Positions 41,021 through 49,749 of a DNA stretch of 64,000 nt are shown piece after piece; position 1 is the first letter of the stretch, and each line of letters begins with the position of its first letter. The notes under the pieces are model-generated. The model made no database searches. It was not told the origin of the DNA and saw only the letters and a program-made list of their open reading frames with translations. The DNA comes from an uncultured Chloroflexia bacterium (GTDB lineage: Bacteria; Chloroflexota; Limnocylindria; Limnocylindrales; CSP1-4). Position numbers and translations under genes: made by a program. The DNA lies in NCBI GenBank assembly GCA_963814125.1, contig CAWFBR010000001.1:218340-282339 (forward strand), given 5' to 3'.

Positions 41021-41689
41021 CTACACCCCGTGCGGCAGGCTCGCGGCGTCCAAGACCGCCGCCAGCTCCTCCCGCGGGATCGCACCGGCCCGGAGGATTC
41101 TCGGTAGTTCGCCCGAGCAGTCCACGACCGTGGACGGGATCCCGCCGCGGGCCGGACCGCCATCGATGACGAGGTCGATACGAGAGCCCAGCTGGGCAAG
41201 AACGCCCGAGGCATCGTGAGCATCGGCCTGGCCGGAGAGGTTGGCCGAAGTGACGGGCAACGGGCCCAGGGCACCGGCCAGGGCGCGGGGACAGTCGTGA
41301 TCCGGAAGGCGGACGCCGACCGTCGCGGCACCACCGGTCAAAGCCGCTGGTAGCCGCGCCCCGGGCGCCTGCGCCAGGACGAGGGTCAGCCCGCCCGGCC
41401 AGAAGCGCGATGCCAGGAGTCTGGCCGCGGGGGTGAGAAGGCCGACCGAACCGGCCTGATCGAGGCTGGCCACCAGCAGCACGATCGCCCGGTCGAACGG
41501 CCGCTCTTTGGCCGCGAAGAGCCGTTCCAGGCCGTCAGGAGCCTCCAGGGCAACCCCCACTCCGTAGACAGTGTCGGTCGGCATGGCAACGATGTCGCCC
41601 GCCCGCAGAACGTTCACGGCCTCCGCGCGCCCCCGCGCGTCGTCGGGGAGCAGCCGCGGCCGCCTCGGCAGTCCACCGGAACGCGTCAT
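41021..41689 (-). CDS. tsaC: L-threonylcarbamoyladenylate synthase (Sua5/YrdC/TsaC family)
   Basis: YrdC domain …AMPTDTVYGVGV… and …VTSANLSGQ…. Confidence 0.8.
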   Translation of the reverse strand: MTRSGGLPRRPRLLPDDARGRAEAVNVLRAGDIVAMPTDTVYGVGVALEAPDGLERLFAAKERPFDRAIVLLVASLDQAGSVGLLTPAARLLASRFWPGGLTLVLAQAPGARLPAALTGGAATVGVRLPDHDCPRALAGALGPLPVTSANLSGQADAHDASGVLAQLGSRIDLVIDGGPARGGIPSTVVDCSGELPRILRAGAIPREELAAVLDAASLPHGV

Positions 41690-42621
41690 CGCCGCTCGAC
41701 CCTGACACCGCCGTCGGCAAGGGCGGCGCGCAGTTCACGGTCGGAGGCACCCGCCGGGCCGCCCGTGCCGCGCACCGAATGAGGCCGTGCGCCCTCGAAC
41801 GCGATCCGTTCGATCATCTGCGCAGCCCCCTCTTCGGTCACCGGCGGAGCCACGAACCGCGCCACGGCCTGGACGGCCGGCGGAGCGCTGGGCATTGCCA
41901 CTCCGTGGCCGACCTCCGCGATCATCTCCAGGTCGTTGTACTGATCGCCCGCGGCCATGCACTGAGCGAGAGGCACTCGGAGGCGCCTGGCCAGCCAGCG
42001 GATTGCCATCCCTTTCGAAACGCCGGGCGCCAGGAACTCAAGGAAGCGTGGATGACTCAGTGTCACTTCTGCCCGACCGGCAAAGTGAGTTCGACCTTCG
42101 TCCAGAATGTCCAGCGAGTGCTCGCCCTCGCCGATGGCAACTACCTTGGTCACCGGCCGAAGAGCTCGGGCGGCTATGTTTGGCACGGTTCGCAACCTGT
42201 CGCCCACGAAGAGGCGGTACTCCTCTATCCGCGACTCGTCGGCAGCCACGATCATCCACTCCAGGTAGTTGAAATGCGGGATCAGCGCGCGCTCCTGGCA
42301 CCAGCGCACGATCTCGACCGTCACGGCCGGGGTGAGCGGCCGGTGGAACAGGATCCGGCCCAGGCGCCTCGAGCCTGGAGCGGGCATCCCCCGGATCAGC
42401 GCGCCCTGCTGGGCGACGAGCGGCCCTCTGAGACCGAGCGCCTCGGCGAACGGCATCGCGCTGGTGGCCATACGGCCGGTTACGAGCGAGACGGCGATCC
42501 CTCGCCGGGAGGCTTCGCCGATGGCCGCGAGGGTTCGTTCGCCGATGACCAGATCGTCGCCGACGAGGGTGCCGTCGATGTCGAGGGCGATCAGGCGAAT
42601 CGGGTGAATCGGCTCGATCAT
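41686..42621 (-). CDS. Cof-type HAD-IIB phosphatase
   Basis: LIALDIDGTL (motif I) and …AAGDQYNDLEM (motif IV). The ATG overlaps the prmC stop (ATGA). The upstream 194 codons of the track ORF are spurious. Confidence 0.75.
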   Translation of the reverse strand: MIEPIHPIRLIALDIDGTLVGDDLVIGERTLAAIGEASRRGIAVSLVTGRMATSAMPFAEALGLRGPLVAQQGALIRGMPAPGSRRLGRILFHRPLTPAVTVEIVRWCQERALIPHFNYLEWMIVAADESRIEEYRLFVGDRLRTVPNIAARALRPVTKVVAIGEGEHSLDILDEGRTHFAGRAEVTLSHPRFLEFLAPGVSKGMAIRWLARRLRVPLAQCMAAGDQYNDLEMIAEVGHGVAMPSAPPAVQAVARFVAPPVTEEGAAQMIERIAFEGARPHSVRGTGGPAGASDRELRAALADGGVRVERR

Positions 42622-43634
42622 CGGTGAGCCTGCGGGCCGATCGCGCGCTCCACGTGAGCGAGGCGAGGGTTGCCCGACAGGTCCGGCTGGATCCGACACG
42701 ACCACTCGCCTTCGAGTGCGGCCACCGCTTGCTGTACTGCGGGCCCCTGATTGAAGCCGATCTCGAGGAGCGCGGCACCGTCTGGAGCCAGGGCGGACGG
42801 CAGCGCTTCGAGCAGCCTCCGCACGACTGCCAGGCCATCGGGCCCGCCATCGAGTGCCAGACGCGGCTCGTAGGAGGCCGCCACCGGCAGGACGTCGACT
42901 TCCGCGGAGGGGATGTACGGCAGATTCGCCAGGATCAGGTCGAAGGAAGCTTCGGCAGGCGGCAGCAGGTCGGCCTCGAGGAAGACGATTGCGTCGGCCA
43001 CGGAATGCGCGACCGCGTTCTCCCTGGCCAGGCCCAGGGCATCGGCCGAGCAGTCGACGGCCAGGAGGGAGACTTCGGGGAGCATCCGGCGCCGCCTCAG
43101 CAGAGTCGCCAGCGCGATGGCGATCGCGCCGCAGCCGGTCCCGACGTCGACGACGCGCAGCCGCGGAGTGCCCGCCGGCCGTGGCGCCGATGTGAGTCGC
43201 CACGCGATCTCCCGCTCCGCCTCAGAGACGAGCAGCTCGGTCTCGGGCCGAGGGATGAGCGTCCGCCGATCCGCACCAAAGACCAGGCCGTAGAACTCCT
43301 TGAGGCCGCGAATGTAGGCCACGGGCTCGCCGCCCTCGCGCCGGACAACCCCGGCCTCGTACGTGGCCGCGGCGTCCGCACCAACCGGAGCCTCGGGATG
43401 GGCAATGACCGAGGTCCTCTCCGCGCCGATGGCCCAGCCGAGCAACAACTCGGCATCGAGACGGGCGCTCTCCGACCCGGAGGCACGGAGCCGTCTGGTT
43501 CCACTCGCCAGGAGATCGCCGATCGTCGCCACGCCGGTTCCCGCGACTACGACCGCGCCCAGGACAGTCCCGGATCCGTCACGCGTCGGAGTCCTCTCCC
43601 AGGAGGCGCAGCTGCTCGGCCTGGTACATCTCAC
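42618..43634 (-). CDS. prmC: Release-factor glutamine N5-methyltransferase (PrmC/HemK)
   Basis: …[16 protein letters not shown]… SAM motif and NLPY (NPPY variant) motif. The true start probably lies downstream of 43634, since it overlaps prfA. Confidence 0.85.
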   Translation of the reverse strand: MRCTRPSSCASWERTPTRDGSGTVLGAVVVAGTGVATIGDLLASGTRRLRASGSESARLDAELLLGWAIGAERTSVIAHPEAPVGADAAATYEAGVVRREGGEPVAYIRGLKEFYGLVFGADRRTLIPRPETELLVSEAEREIAWRLTSAPRPAGTPRLRVVDVGTGCGAIAIALATLLRRRRMLPEVSLLAVDCSADALGLARENAVAHSVADAIVFLEADLLPPAEASFDLILANLPYIPSAEVDVLPVAASYEPRLALDGGPDGLAVVRRLLEALPSALAPDGAALLEIGFNQGPAVQQAVAALEGEWSCRIQPDLSGNPRLAHVERAIGPQAHR

Positions 43635-44661
43635 TCAGGGCGTCGATCAGCTTCTCGATGTCGCCGTCCATCACGTTGGGCAAGTTGTGAAGGTCCAGCC
43701 CGATTCGATGGTCGGTCAGCCTGTCCTGGGGGAAGTTGTAGGTGCGGATCTTCTCGGATCGCTCACCCGAGCCGACCATGCTCCTCCGCAGTGTCGACTC
43801 GGCCTCCGCAATCCTGGCCCGCTCGCGATCCAGGAGCCGGCTGCGAAGGACGGCCATCGCCTTGGCTTTGTTCTTGATCTGGCTCTTTTCGTCCTGGATG
43901 GCAACGACGATGCCGCTGGGCTTGTGAGTGATGCGCACGGCCGAGTCGGTCGTGTTGACCGACTGCCCCCCGGGGCCGGTAGAGCGGTAGACGTCGACCC
44001 GGATGTCGTTCTCGTCTATGTGGACGTCGACCTCCTCGGCTTCGGGCAGCACGACGACGGTCGCGGTGGAGGTGTGGATCCGGCCGCTCGACTCGGTGAC
44101 CGGGATGCGCTGGACCCGGTGAACGCCCGCCTCGAACTTCAGCCGGCTGAAGGCGCGTCCGCCCGCGATCTCCACGATCGCCTCGTTGATCCCCCCGACC
44201 CCACTCCCTCCGAGGGTCAGAACCTCGGCGCGCATGTGGTGGCGCTCGGCGTAGCGGAGGTACATCCGCAGCAGCTCGGCCGCGAAGAGCTTGGCCTCGT
44301 CTCCTCCGGCTCCGGCTCGAATCTCCAGGATCACGTTCTTCTCGTCGGCGGGGTCGCGTGGGATCAGCTGGAGGCGAAGCAGTTCGATGAGTTCCTTCTC
44401 GCGGGCTTCGAGCCGGCGAACCTCATCCTGGGCCAGGTCGTGCATCTCCTCGTCGCCGCCGTCGCGCATCTCGAGCGCCTCGGCCAGTTCCTTGCGAGCC
44501 GCGAGCAGCTCACGCCAGGCGGAGACGGCCGGCTCGAGCTGGGCCAGCTCCTTGCCCAGACGCTTCAGCGCGGCCGGGTCGGCTGCCGTTTCTGGCCGGG
44601 TTAGCTCGTCCTGGATGGCATCGTAGCGGGAAGCGAGCTCTATGAGCTTGGCGTCGATCAC
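43579..44661 (-). CDS. prfA: Peptide chain release factor 1
   Basis: GGQ motif ([11 protein letters not shown]) and PxT-type region, 360 aa. Confidence 0.95.
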   Translation of the reverse strand: MIDAKLIELASRYDAIQDELTRPETAADPAALKRLGKELAQLEPAVSAWRELLAARKELAEALEMRDGGDEEMHDLAQDEVRRLEAREKELIELLRLQLIPRDPADEKNVILEIRAGAGGDEAKLFAAELLRMYLRYAERHHMRAEVLTLGGSGVGGINEAIVEIAGGRAFSRLKFEAGVHRVQRIPVTESSGRIHTSTATVVVLPEAEEVDVHIDENDIRVDVYRSTGPGGQSVNTTDSAVRITHKPSGIVVAIQDEKSQIKNKAKAMAVLRSRLLDRERARIAEAESTLRRSMVGSGERSEKIRTYNFPQDRLTDHRIGLDLHNLPNVMDGDIEKLIDALSEMYQAEQLRLLGEDSDA

Positions 44662-45836
44662 GAGTCAAGCCTGACAGGCTCGATCTTGGCGGGCTCTCCA
44701 TCTCTCACCCCATCGCCCTCCGGGCTGCCTGGATCCGACTCCAAGGGCCGCGACGCCAATTCCGCGCTGCCTTCCGGGATCTCGCGGCCATCGGCCATCA
44801 TTGCCCGCTGGAGCGAGACGATCGCGACCTCGATCATGTCGTCGGACGGCTGGCGAGTAGTGATCTTCTGAACCCAGATGCCGGGAGACCACAGCAACCG
44901 CACCGCGGCATGGCGGCGGTGCCGAGCGCCCAACTGGAGGAGTTCGTAGCTGATGGCGGCGATGACGGGGACGAGGACGACGCGCGAGACGACCAGCCAC
45001 AGCAGCGGCAGCTTCCCGACGACGGCGAAGGCGAGTATCGAGACGATCAGCACGACCACCAGGAACTCGGTCCCGCAGCGTGGGTGGGCCGTCGGGTACT
45101 TGCGGGCCGCTTCGACGGTCAACGGGTCGCCGGCCTCCAGAGTGTGGATCGACATGTGTTCGGCGCCGTGGTATTGGAACGTGCGTCGAACGTCCGCGGC
45201 ACGGCCCACGAGCAGCAGGTAGCCGATGAAGATGATCACCCGAATGACGCCTTCGGAGAGCTGGAAGGCGAAGCCCTGGTCCACTCGGCCTACGGTGGCC
45301 TGAGCCAGAAACAGCGGCAGCAGGAAGAAGAGGCCGATGCCGAGGGCCAGGGTAAGCAGCAGCATGCCGCCGACCGCCACCGTATAGCCCTTGCCGAGAC
45401 CGCGACCGGACTCCATGGCCTCAGCGGACGAGTCCTCGGGGGCATCCGGGCCGGCGGGACCCGAGTCGTGGCCCTCGACCGCACCCACGACCGCGGCGAC
45501 GGGGGCCAGCAGCAACATGTGCAAAACGGAACCGGTCCCGGCGGCCGCCCGGCCGCTCTTGCCCGCGCCCTCGTCCGAATCCTCGAGGGCCAGGGCCTGG
45601 AGCGTGGCCGACCGGACCAACCAGCGCGTGCCGGTTACGAGAGTGTCGTACAGGACGACCAGGCCGCGCAGGAACGGGAGCTTCAGGGCGCGGCGGGCGC
45701 GAAGGCCCAGATCCAATCGTTCGGTTGCCCAGACGATGGAACCGTCAGGGTGGCGGAGGGCGACCGCAAGCGCGTGCCGGCCGCGCATCAGGACGCCCTC
45801 GATCAGAGCCTGACCGCCGTATTGGTAGTTAGCCAT
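44658..45836 (-). CDS. DUF1385-domain protein
   Basis: [28 protein letters not shown]… is the DUF1385 N-terminal signature, followed by TM helices. Confidence 0.65.
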   Translation of the reverse strand: MANYQYGGQALIEGVLMRGRHALAVALRHPDGSIVWATERLDLGLRARRALKLPFLRGLVVLYDTLVTGTRWLVRSATLQALALEDSDEGAGKSGRAAAGTGSVLHMLLLAPVAAVVGAVEGHDSGPAGPDAPEDSSAEAMESGRGLGKGYTVAVGGMLLLTLALGIGLFFLLPLFLAQATVGRVDQGFAFQLSEGVIRVIIFIGYLLLVGRAADVRRTFQYHGAEHMSIHTLEAGDPLTVEAARKYPTAHPRCGTEFLVVVLIVSILAFAVVGKLPLLWLVVSRVVLVPVIAAISYELLQLGARHRRHAAVRLLWSPGIWVQKITTRQPSDDMIEVAIVSLQRAMMADGREIPEGSAELASRPLESDPGSPEGDGVRDGEPAKIEPVRLDS

Positions 45837-45994
45837 GGAGAGAGTCTAGCCCCTGAGTCGTGCGGCGCCGGGTCGCTTCATGAAGGACCGACCTCCGGAT
45901 GCCACGCGCGATCCGGGTTGCGCCACGCAAGGGAGACCCGTCGGAGGATCGGCTGGCCGCCGGAGCGATCCGGCGGAGCCGGGCGATGCGCAGC

Positions 45995-46207
45995 CTAGGC
46001 CCGCTCGGCGCGCTCGAGACGCCGCTGGAACCGCTCGACCTGCCCGGCCGTGTCGATGATCGTTTGCTTGCCCGTGAAGAACGGGTGGCAGTTGCTGCAG
46101 ACGTCGACCCGCAACTCCGACCTGGTCGATCCGATCTCGAAGACCGTCTTGCACGAGGCGCAGTGGACCGTCGCCTGCTGATAGGTCGGGTGGATCTTCG
46201 GCTTCAT
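45995..46207 (-). CDS. rpmE: 50S ribosomal protein L31
   Basis: MKPKIHPTYQQATVHCASCKTVFEIGSTR…CSNCHPFFTGKQ. Confidence 0.9.
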   Translation of the reverse strand: MKPKIHPTYQQATVHCASCKTVFEIGSTRSELRVDVCSNCHPFFTGKQTIIDTAGQVERFQRRLERAERA

Positions 46208-46304
46208 TCGTTGCTCCCAGGCGCCTTCCGTACGGTTTCCCGCCGGTGGTCGTCGGTGGTGCGATCGGCGTCCCGGCGCCGTACCGCGAGGTTGATCCTG
46301 CTGG

Positions 46305-46568
46305 CTACTCGCCAGCCAGGGCTTCGACTCGAATTCGCTTCTTCTGGCGGGTCTCGTGCTCGATGTGGACGGTCCCGTCCACCGTCGCGAAGACGGTGTA
46401 GTCGTGGCCCAGGCCCGCGCCTTTGCCGGCCTTGAAGGTCATTCCGCGCTGGCGGACGATGATCGAGCCGGAAGTGACGAACTGGCCGTCGCCGGCCTTC
46501 ATGCCGAGCCGCTGACCGACGCTATCGCGGCCGTTCTTGGAACTCGAGCCTGCCTTCTTATGGGCCAT
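46305..46568 (-). CDS. rpmA: 50S ribosomal protein L27
   Basis: [24 protein letters not shown]…. Confidence 0.92.
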   Translation of the reverse strand: MAHKKAGSSSKNGRDSVGQRLGMKAGDGQFVTSGSIIVRQRGMTFKAGKGAGLGHDYTVFATVDGTVHIEHETRQKKRIRVEALAGE

Positions 46569-46570
46569 CG

Positions 46571-47227
46571 CTACTCGTCCTTCTTTGCCCGGGAGGGTCG
46601 CTTGGGAGCGGCCGGTTCGTCGGTCTTGGCCGCCTTGGGCGCGGCCTTCGCAGGAGCTGCGGCCTTGGGCGCGGCCTTCGCCTTGGAGGGTTCATCGTCC
46701 TTAGCAGGCGCGGCCTTGGCCGCCTTTCCCTTGGGCGCGGCCTTGGCCGCCTTTCCCTTGGGCTTGGCCTCGTCCGCGACGGCCGTGCGAGCCTTGAGCT
46801 TCTCGGCCAGCGCCGCGTCCTCGGCCGCCTGTCGGGCGGCTGCCTTGGAGACCCTTGCGCGCTCCGCCTCGGCTTCAGCCTCGGCCTCCTGAGCCTCCGC
46901 GGCTGCGCTCTTCGAGCCGAGCCGAACGTCGGTGATCTTGAGCACCGTCAGCTCCTGGCGATGCCCCTTTTTGACGCGACTGCGGGCCTTAGGACGGTAT
47001 TTGAAGGAGATGGTCTTCTCGCCCCGAGCCTGACGCAGGACCCGAGCGCTCACGGCCGCATCCGCCACCAGAGGCTGGCCTACTGACGACTTGTCGCCGT
47101 CGACGACCAGCAGGACTCGGTCGAGGTTGATCTCCTGACCCGGCTCGACGTCGAGCAACTCCACCTCGAGCTCCGTTCCGAGTTCGACGCGGTACTGCTT
47201 TCCGCCGGTCTGGATGACTGCGTACAT
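46571..47227 (-). CDS. rplU: 50S ribosomal protein L21 with a ~115-aa Ala/Lys/Pro/Glu-rich C-terminal extension
   Basis: [17 protein letters not shown]… is the L21 core (~103 aa), followed by …[38 protein letters not shown]…[18 protein letters not shown]…. Confidence 0.85.
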   Translation of the reverse strand: MYAVIQTGGKQYRVELGTELEVELLDVEPGQEINLDRVLLVVDGDKSSVGQPLVADAAVSARVLRQARGEKTISFKYRPKARSRVKKGHRQELTVLKITDVRLGSKSAAAEAQEAEAEAEAERARVSKAAARQAAEDAALAEKLKARTAVADEAKPKGKAAKAAPKGKAAKAAPAKDDEPSKAKAAPKAAAPAKAAPKAAKTDEPAAPKRPSRAKKDE

Positions 47228-47309
47228 TGGCCCTCGGGAGGTTGACGGGCGCGGGGCCCACGGGTGCATGACACGAAAGCGCCCCCGGTTTCCCCGGGGC
47301 GCGAAGTGC

Positions 47310-47339
47310 GAGTGTACGGCGCGAGGTCCGCCTTCGTCA
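47310..47339 (-). promoter_or_regulatory. Candidate sigma70-type promoter for rplU-rpmA (-35 TTGACG, 18-bp spacer, -10 TACACT on the minus strand)
   Basis: Reverse complement of 47310–47339 reads TTGACGAAGGCGGACCTCGCGCCGTACACT. A GC hairpin lies in the ~75-nt leader. Confidence 0.3.
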
Positions 47340-47473
47340 AACGCGGAATGGCGTCACAGCAGGTCTGGACCGGTCCCTGTAGCTCGACCGGCTGATTGTT
47401 CATGTGCAGGGCCGAACACTCTCGCCGAGGCGGCGGTACCGGAGAGTGCAAGCCGGGCTCCGCGCGCGGCTGC

Positions 47474-48292
47474 CTACGAGTCGATGAACCCGTCACCTGC
47501 ACGATCCGGCGTCGGCGGCAGCCACGTTGCGGCCGGGGCGGGAGCCTGGCGCTCGATCAGCTCCTCGGCCAGCCACAAACGCTCGCGGACGGACAGCACG
47601 CCCTCGAGGGCCGGCCCGCGAGCGTCCGGCGTTTCGGGGGCGTCCTGGGCCAGTTCGTCGGCGAGCGCGGCCACGACCTCGTCCGCGCGGCCACTGCCCC
47701 GTTCCTGCGAGTGGCGCAGCCTCATCCAGAGTTCCGCCGCCGCGCCCGAGACCCCGGCGGCCTCTGCAGCCACCGGATCCGTGTCACGAATCTGGAGGTC
47801 GATTACCAGAGGCCTCAGGTCGTACGTGACGGTCTTGCTCTCGCGGTGCCGCTGGCGCGGCAAATGCTCCGCGGCCATGAGCCGGGACGCCGCTGCTGCG
47901 AGGGTCGCTCGTTCCACGCCCAACATCGTCATCCGGTAGTCGGCCGCGACGAGCTGAGGAGCAAGGGCCGGCGCACCCATCCACACGTCGTGCAGATCGA
48001 TGACTCTGTAACCGGCCGGCACCCCGGTCGTGAGTCGCGCCCTCAATGCCGGGGCGGTCAAGCGGTCGGCCAGGAAGAGGTCGGCCAGTTCGTGCTCCGC
48101 GAGCATGCCGAGCTGGAGAGGGGCCGCGAAGACCAGTTTCGGCCGGGCGTTGAATCCGCCAGTCGTCGCCACGGGGATCGCCCCTCGTCGAAAGGCTCGC
48201 TCCCATTGCGTAACCGCGTCAAGGTGGGCCAGGTAGCGAGCCTCCTCATCGCGAGCGAAGACGATCCGCCACCGCTGCCGGGCTTCACTCAC
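47474..48292 (-). CDS. TIGR03936/DUF2344 radical-SAM-associated protein
   Basis: QRWRIVFARDEEARYLAHLDAVTQWERAFRRGAIPVATTGGFNARPKLVFAAPLQLG matches the family N-terminus. Confidence 0.7.
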   Translation of the reverse strand: MSEARQRWRIVFARDEEARYLAHLDAVTQWERAFRRGAIPVATTGGFNARPKLVFAAPLQLGMLAEHELADLFLADRLTAPALRARLTTGVPAGYRVIDLHDVWMGAPALAPQLVAADYRMTMLGVERATLAAAASRLMAAEHLPRQRHRESKTVTYDLRPLVIDLQIRDTDPVAAEAAGVSGAAAELWMRLRHSQERGSGRADEVVAALADELAQDAPETPDARGPALEGVLSVRERLWLAEELIERQAPAPAATWLPPTPDRAGDGFIDS

Positions 48293-49749
48293 GGCAACGA
48301 CTCGATGCCGCCTTCGGCCGGAGCGATTCCGGTTGCGTCGGGTTCGCCAGATAGCCCGCCACGTTCGCCGCCCGCCCCGCCGGGTTCGTCGCCGGCGGCG
48401 CTCGCGTCCCGCCGCTTACCCAAAGGTCGGCCAGACGGGCCGGCCTTTCGCGAGCGACCGGAGGCCTCCAACCGGGATCGGCGATGACCCCATTTGGCCA
48501 CTACCAGCTCCGCCGTCGTCGCCTGAAGGAGGAGGGTGAAGAGAACCACGCCGAGCGTGATTCCCTGCAAGGCGGAGCGATTCGGAAAGTCGAGCGGAAG
48601 TGAGAGGGCCAGGGCCGTCGAGACGGCACCCCGCAGGCCGGACCAGAAGATCACGTGTAGCCAGTCGATGGGAATGACCGCAACCGTACGGGCGGCCGCA
48701 TCCGCACGCTGCGGCCTCGAGGAGCGTTTAGATGTTCGCATCCTATGCTGGACGAGCCGCCATGCACCCAACAGGCCGTAGACGATGACCGCCCTGCCAG
48801 CCACGGTGGCGGCGAACGCCCAGGCTATCGGCGAGGCCACGTCGGCCATTGCTCGAATCGATATCGCGAACCCGACGACGAGGAAGACGAATGCGGTCGC
48901 CAGGAAGGCGACGAACTCCCAGACGGTGTTGAGAGCTTCTTCCGTCCGTTGCGAGAGGCCGTTCTTCCGGCCGTACGTACCCAGGACGATCCCCGCGACG
49001 GCGGTGGCGATAACGCCCGACAGGTGGAATGCGTCGGCCGCCAGATAGGTGCCGTAGGCCAGCACCACAGACAGGCTGATCTCGATCAAGTGATCGCCGA
49101 CTATGGGCAGTATCCGAGAGGCCGCGTATCCCGCGACTGCGCCCAGGACTGCACTTGCGAGCGTCACCCATATGAAGGTCAACCCGATCTCCGCCGGGCC
49201 GACCGGGCGCGAGACGAAGTCCACGGCCAGGGCGAAGACGACAATGCCGGTCCCGTCGTTGAAAACGCTCTCCGCTTCCACGAGGGTGGCCAGGCGCCGC
49301 GGCGACTTCATGCGCTTGAACGTGGCGATGATCGCGGCCGGATCCGTCGCCGAGAGCATCGCCCCCACGACGAACGCCTGCGGCAGGGCAAGACCGGCGC
49401 CGAGATGCAGAGCGACCGCGACGATCGAAGCGCTTACCAGGACTCCCGGTCCGGCCAGCAGGCTCACGCCGACGATGGAGGGACGCAGCTTGCCGAAGTC
49501 GGCTTGATAGGACGCCTCGAATATCAGGGCCGGCAGCAGCACTACGAGGACGAGCTGGGGCGTGATCTCGACTCGGAGTGGCGCAAGGGCGCCCGCCGCG
49601 ATACCGAACGCTACGAGGGCCACCGTGTAGGGCAGGTGTATCCGACGGGCCAGGAGGGTCACCAGCGCGGCGGCGCCGACCAGCAGGACGAATAGGCGAA
49701 TCAGCCCGAGGGTAGTTTCACCCGAGCCCACGACGCTTGCCGCGGTCAC
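48289..49749 (-). CDS. Na+/H+ (cation:proton) antiporter, CPA1/NhaP-like
   Basis: About 12 TM helices with Na_H_Exchanger domain features, and a C-terminal cytoplasmic tail. Confidence 0.8.
   Translation of the reverse strand: MTAASVVGSGETTLGLIRLFVLLVGAAALVTLLARRIHLPYTVALVAFGIAAGALAPLRVEITPQLVLVVLLPALIFEASYQADFGKLRPSIVGVSLLAGPGVLVSASIVAVALHLGAGLALPQAFVVGAMLSATDPAAIIATFKRMKSPRRLATLVEAESVFNDGTGIVVFALAVDFVSRPVGPAEIGLTFIWVTLASAVLGAVAGYAASRILPIVGDHLIEISLSVVLAYGTYLAADAFHLSGVIATAVAGIVLGTYGRKNGLSQRTEEALNTVWEFVAFLATAFVFLVVGFAISIRAMADVASPIAWAFAATVAGRAVIVYGLLGAWRLVQHRMRTSKRSSRPQRADAAARTVAVIPIDWLHVIFWSGLRGAVSTALALSLPLDFPNRSALQGITLGVVLFTLLLQATTAELVVAKWGHRRSRLEASGRSRKAGPSGRPLGKRRDASAAGDEPGGAGGERGGLSGEPDATGIAPAEGGIESLP

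Noticed and set aside
42622-43203. N-terminal 194 codons of track ORF 41686–43203
   Set aside because: Arg-rich junk overlapping prmC. The Cof hydrolase begins at the ATG overlapping the prmC stop.
45937-45994. Perfect 8-bp inverted repeat CCGCCGGA-tcgc-TCCGGCGG downstream of rpmE, considered as a terminator
   Set aside because: It is not followed by a U-rich tract on the transcribed strand. It may be an attenuator or may be incidental.
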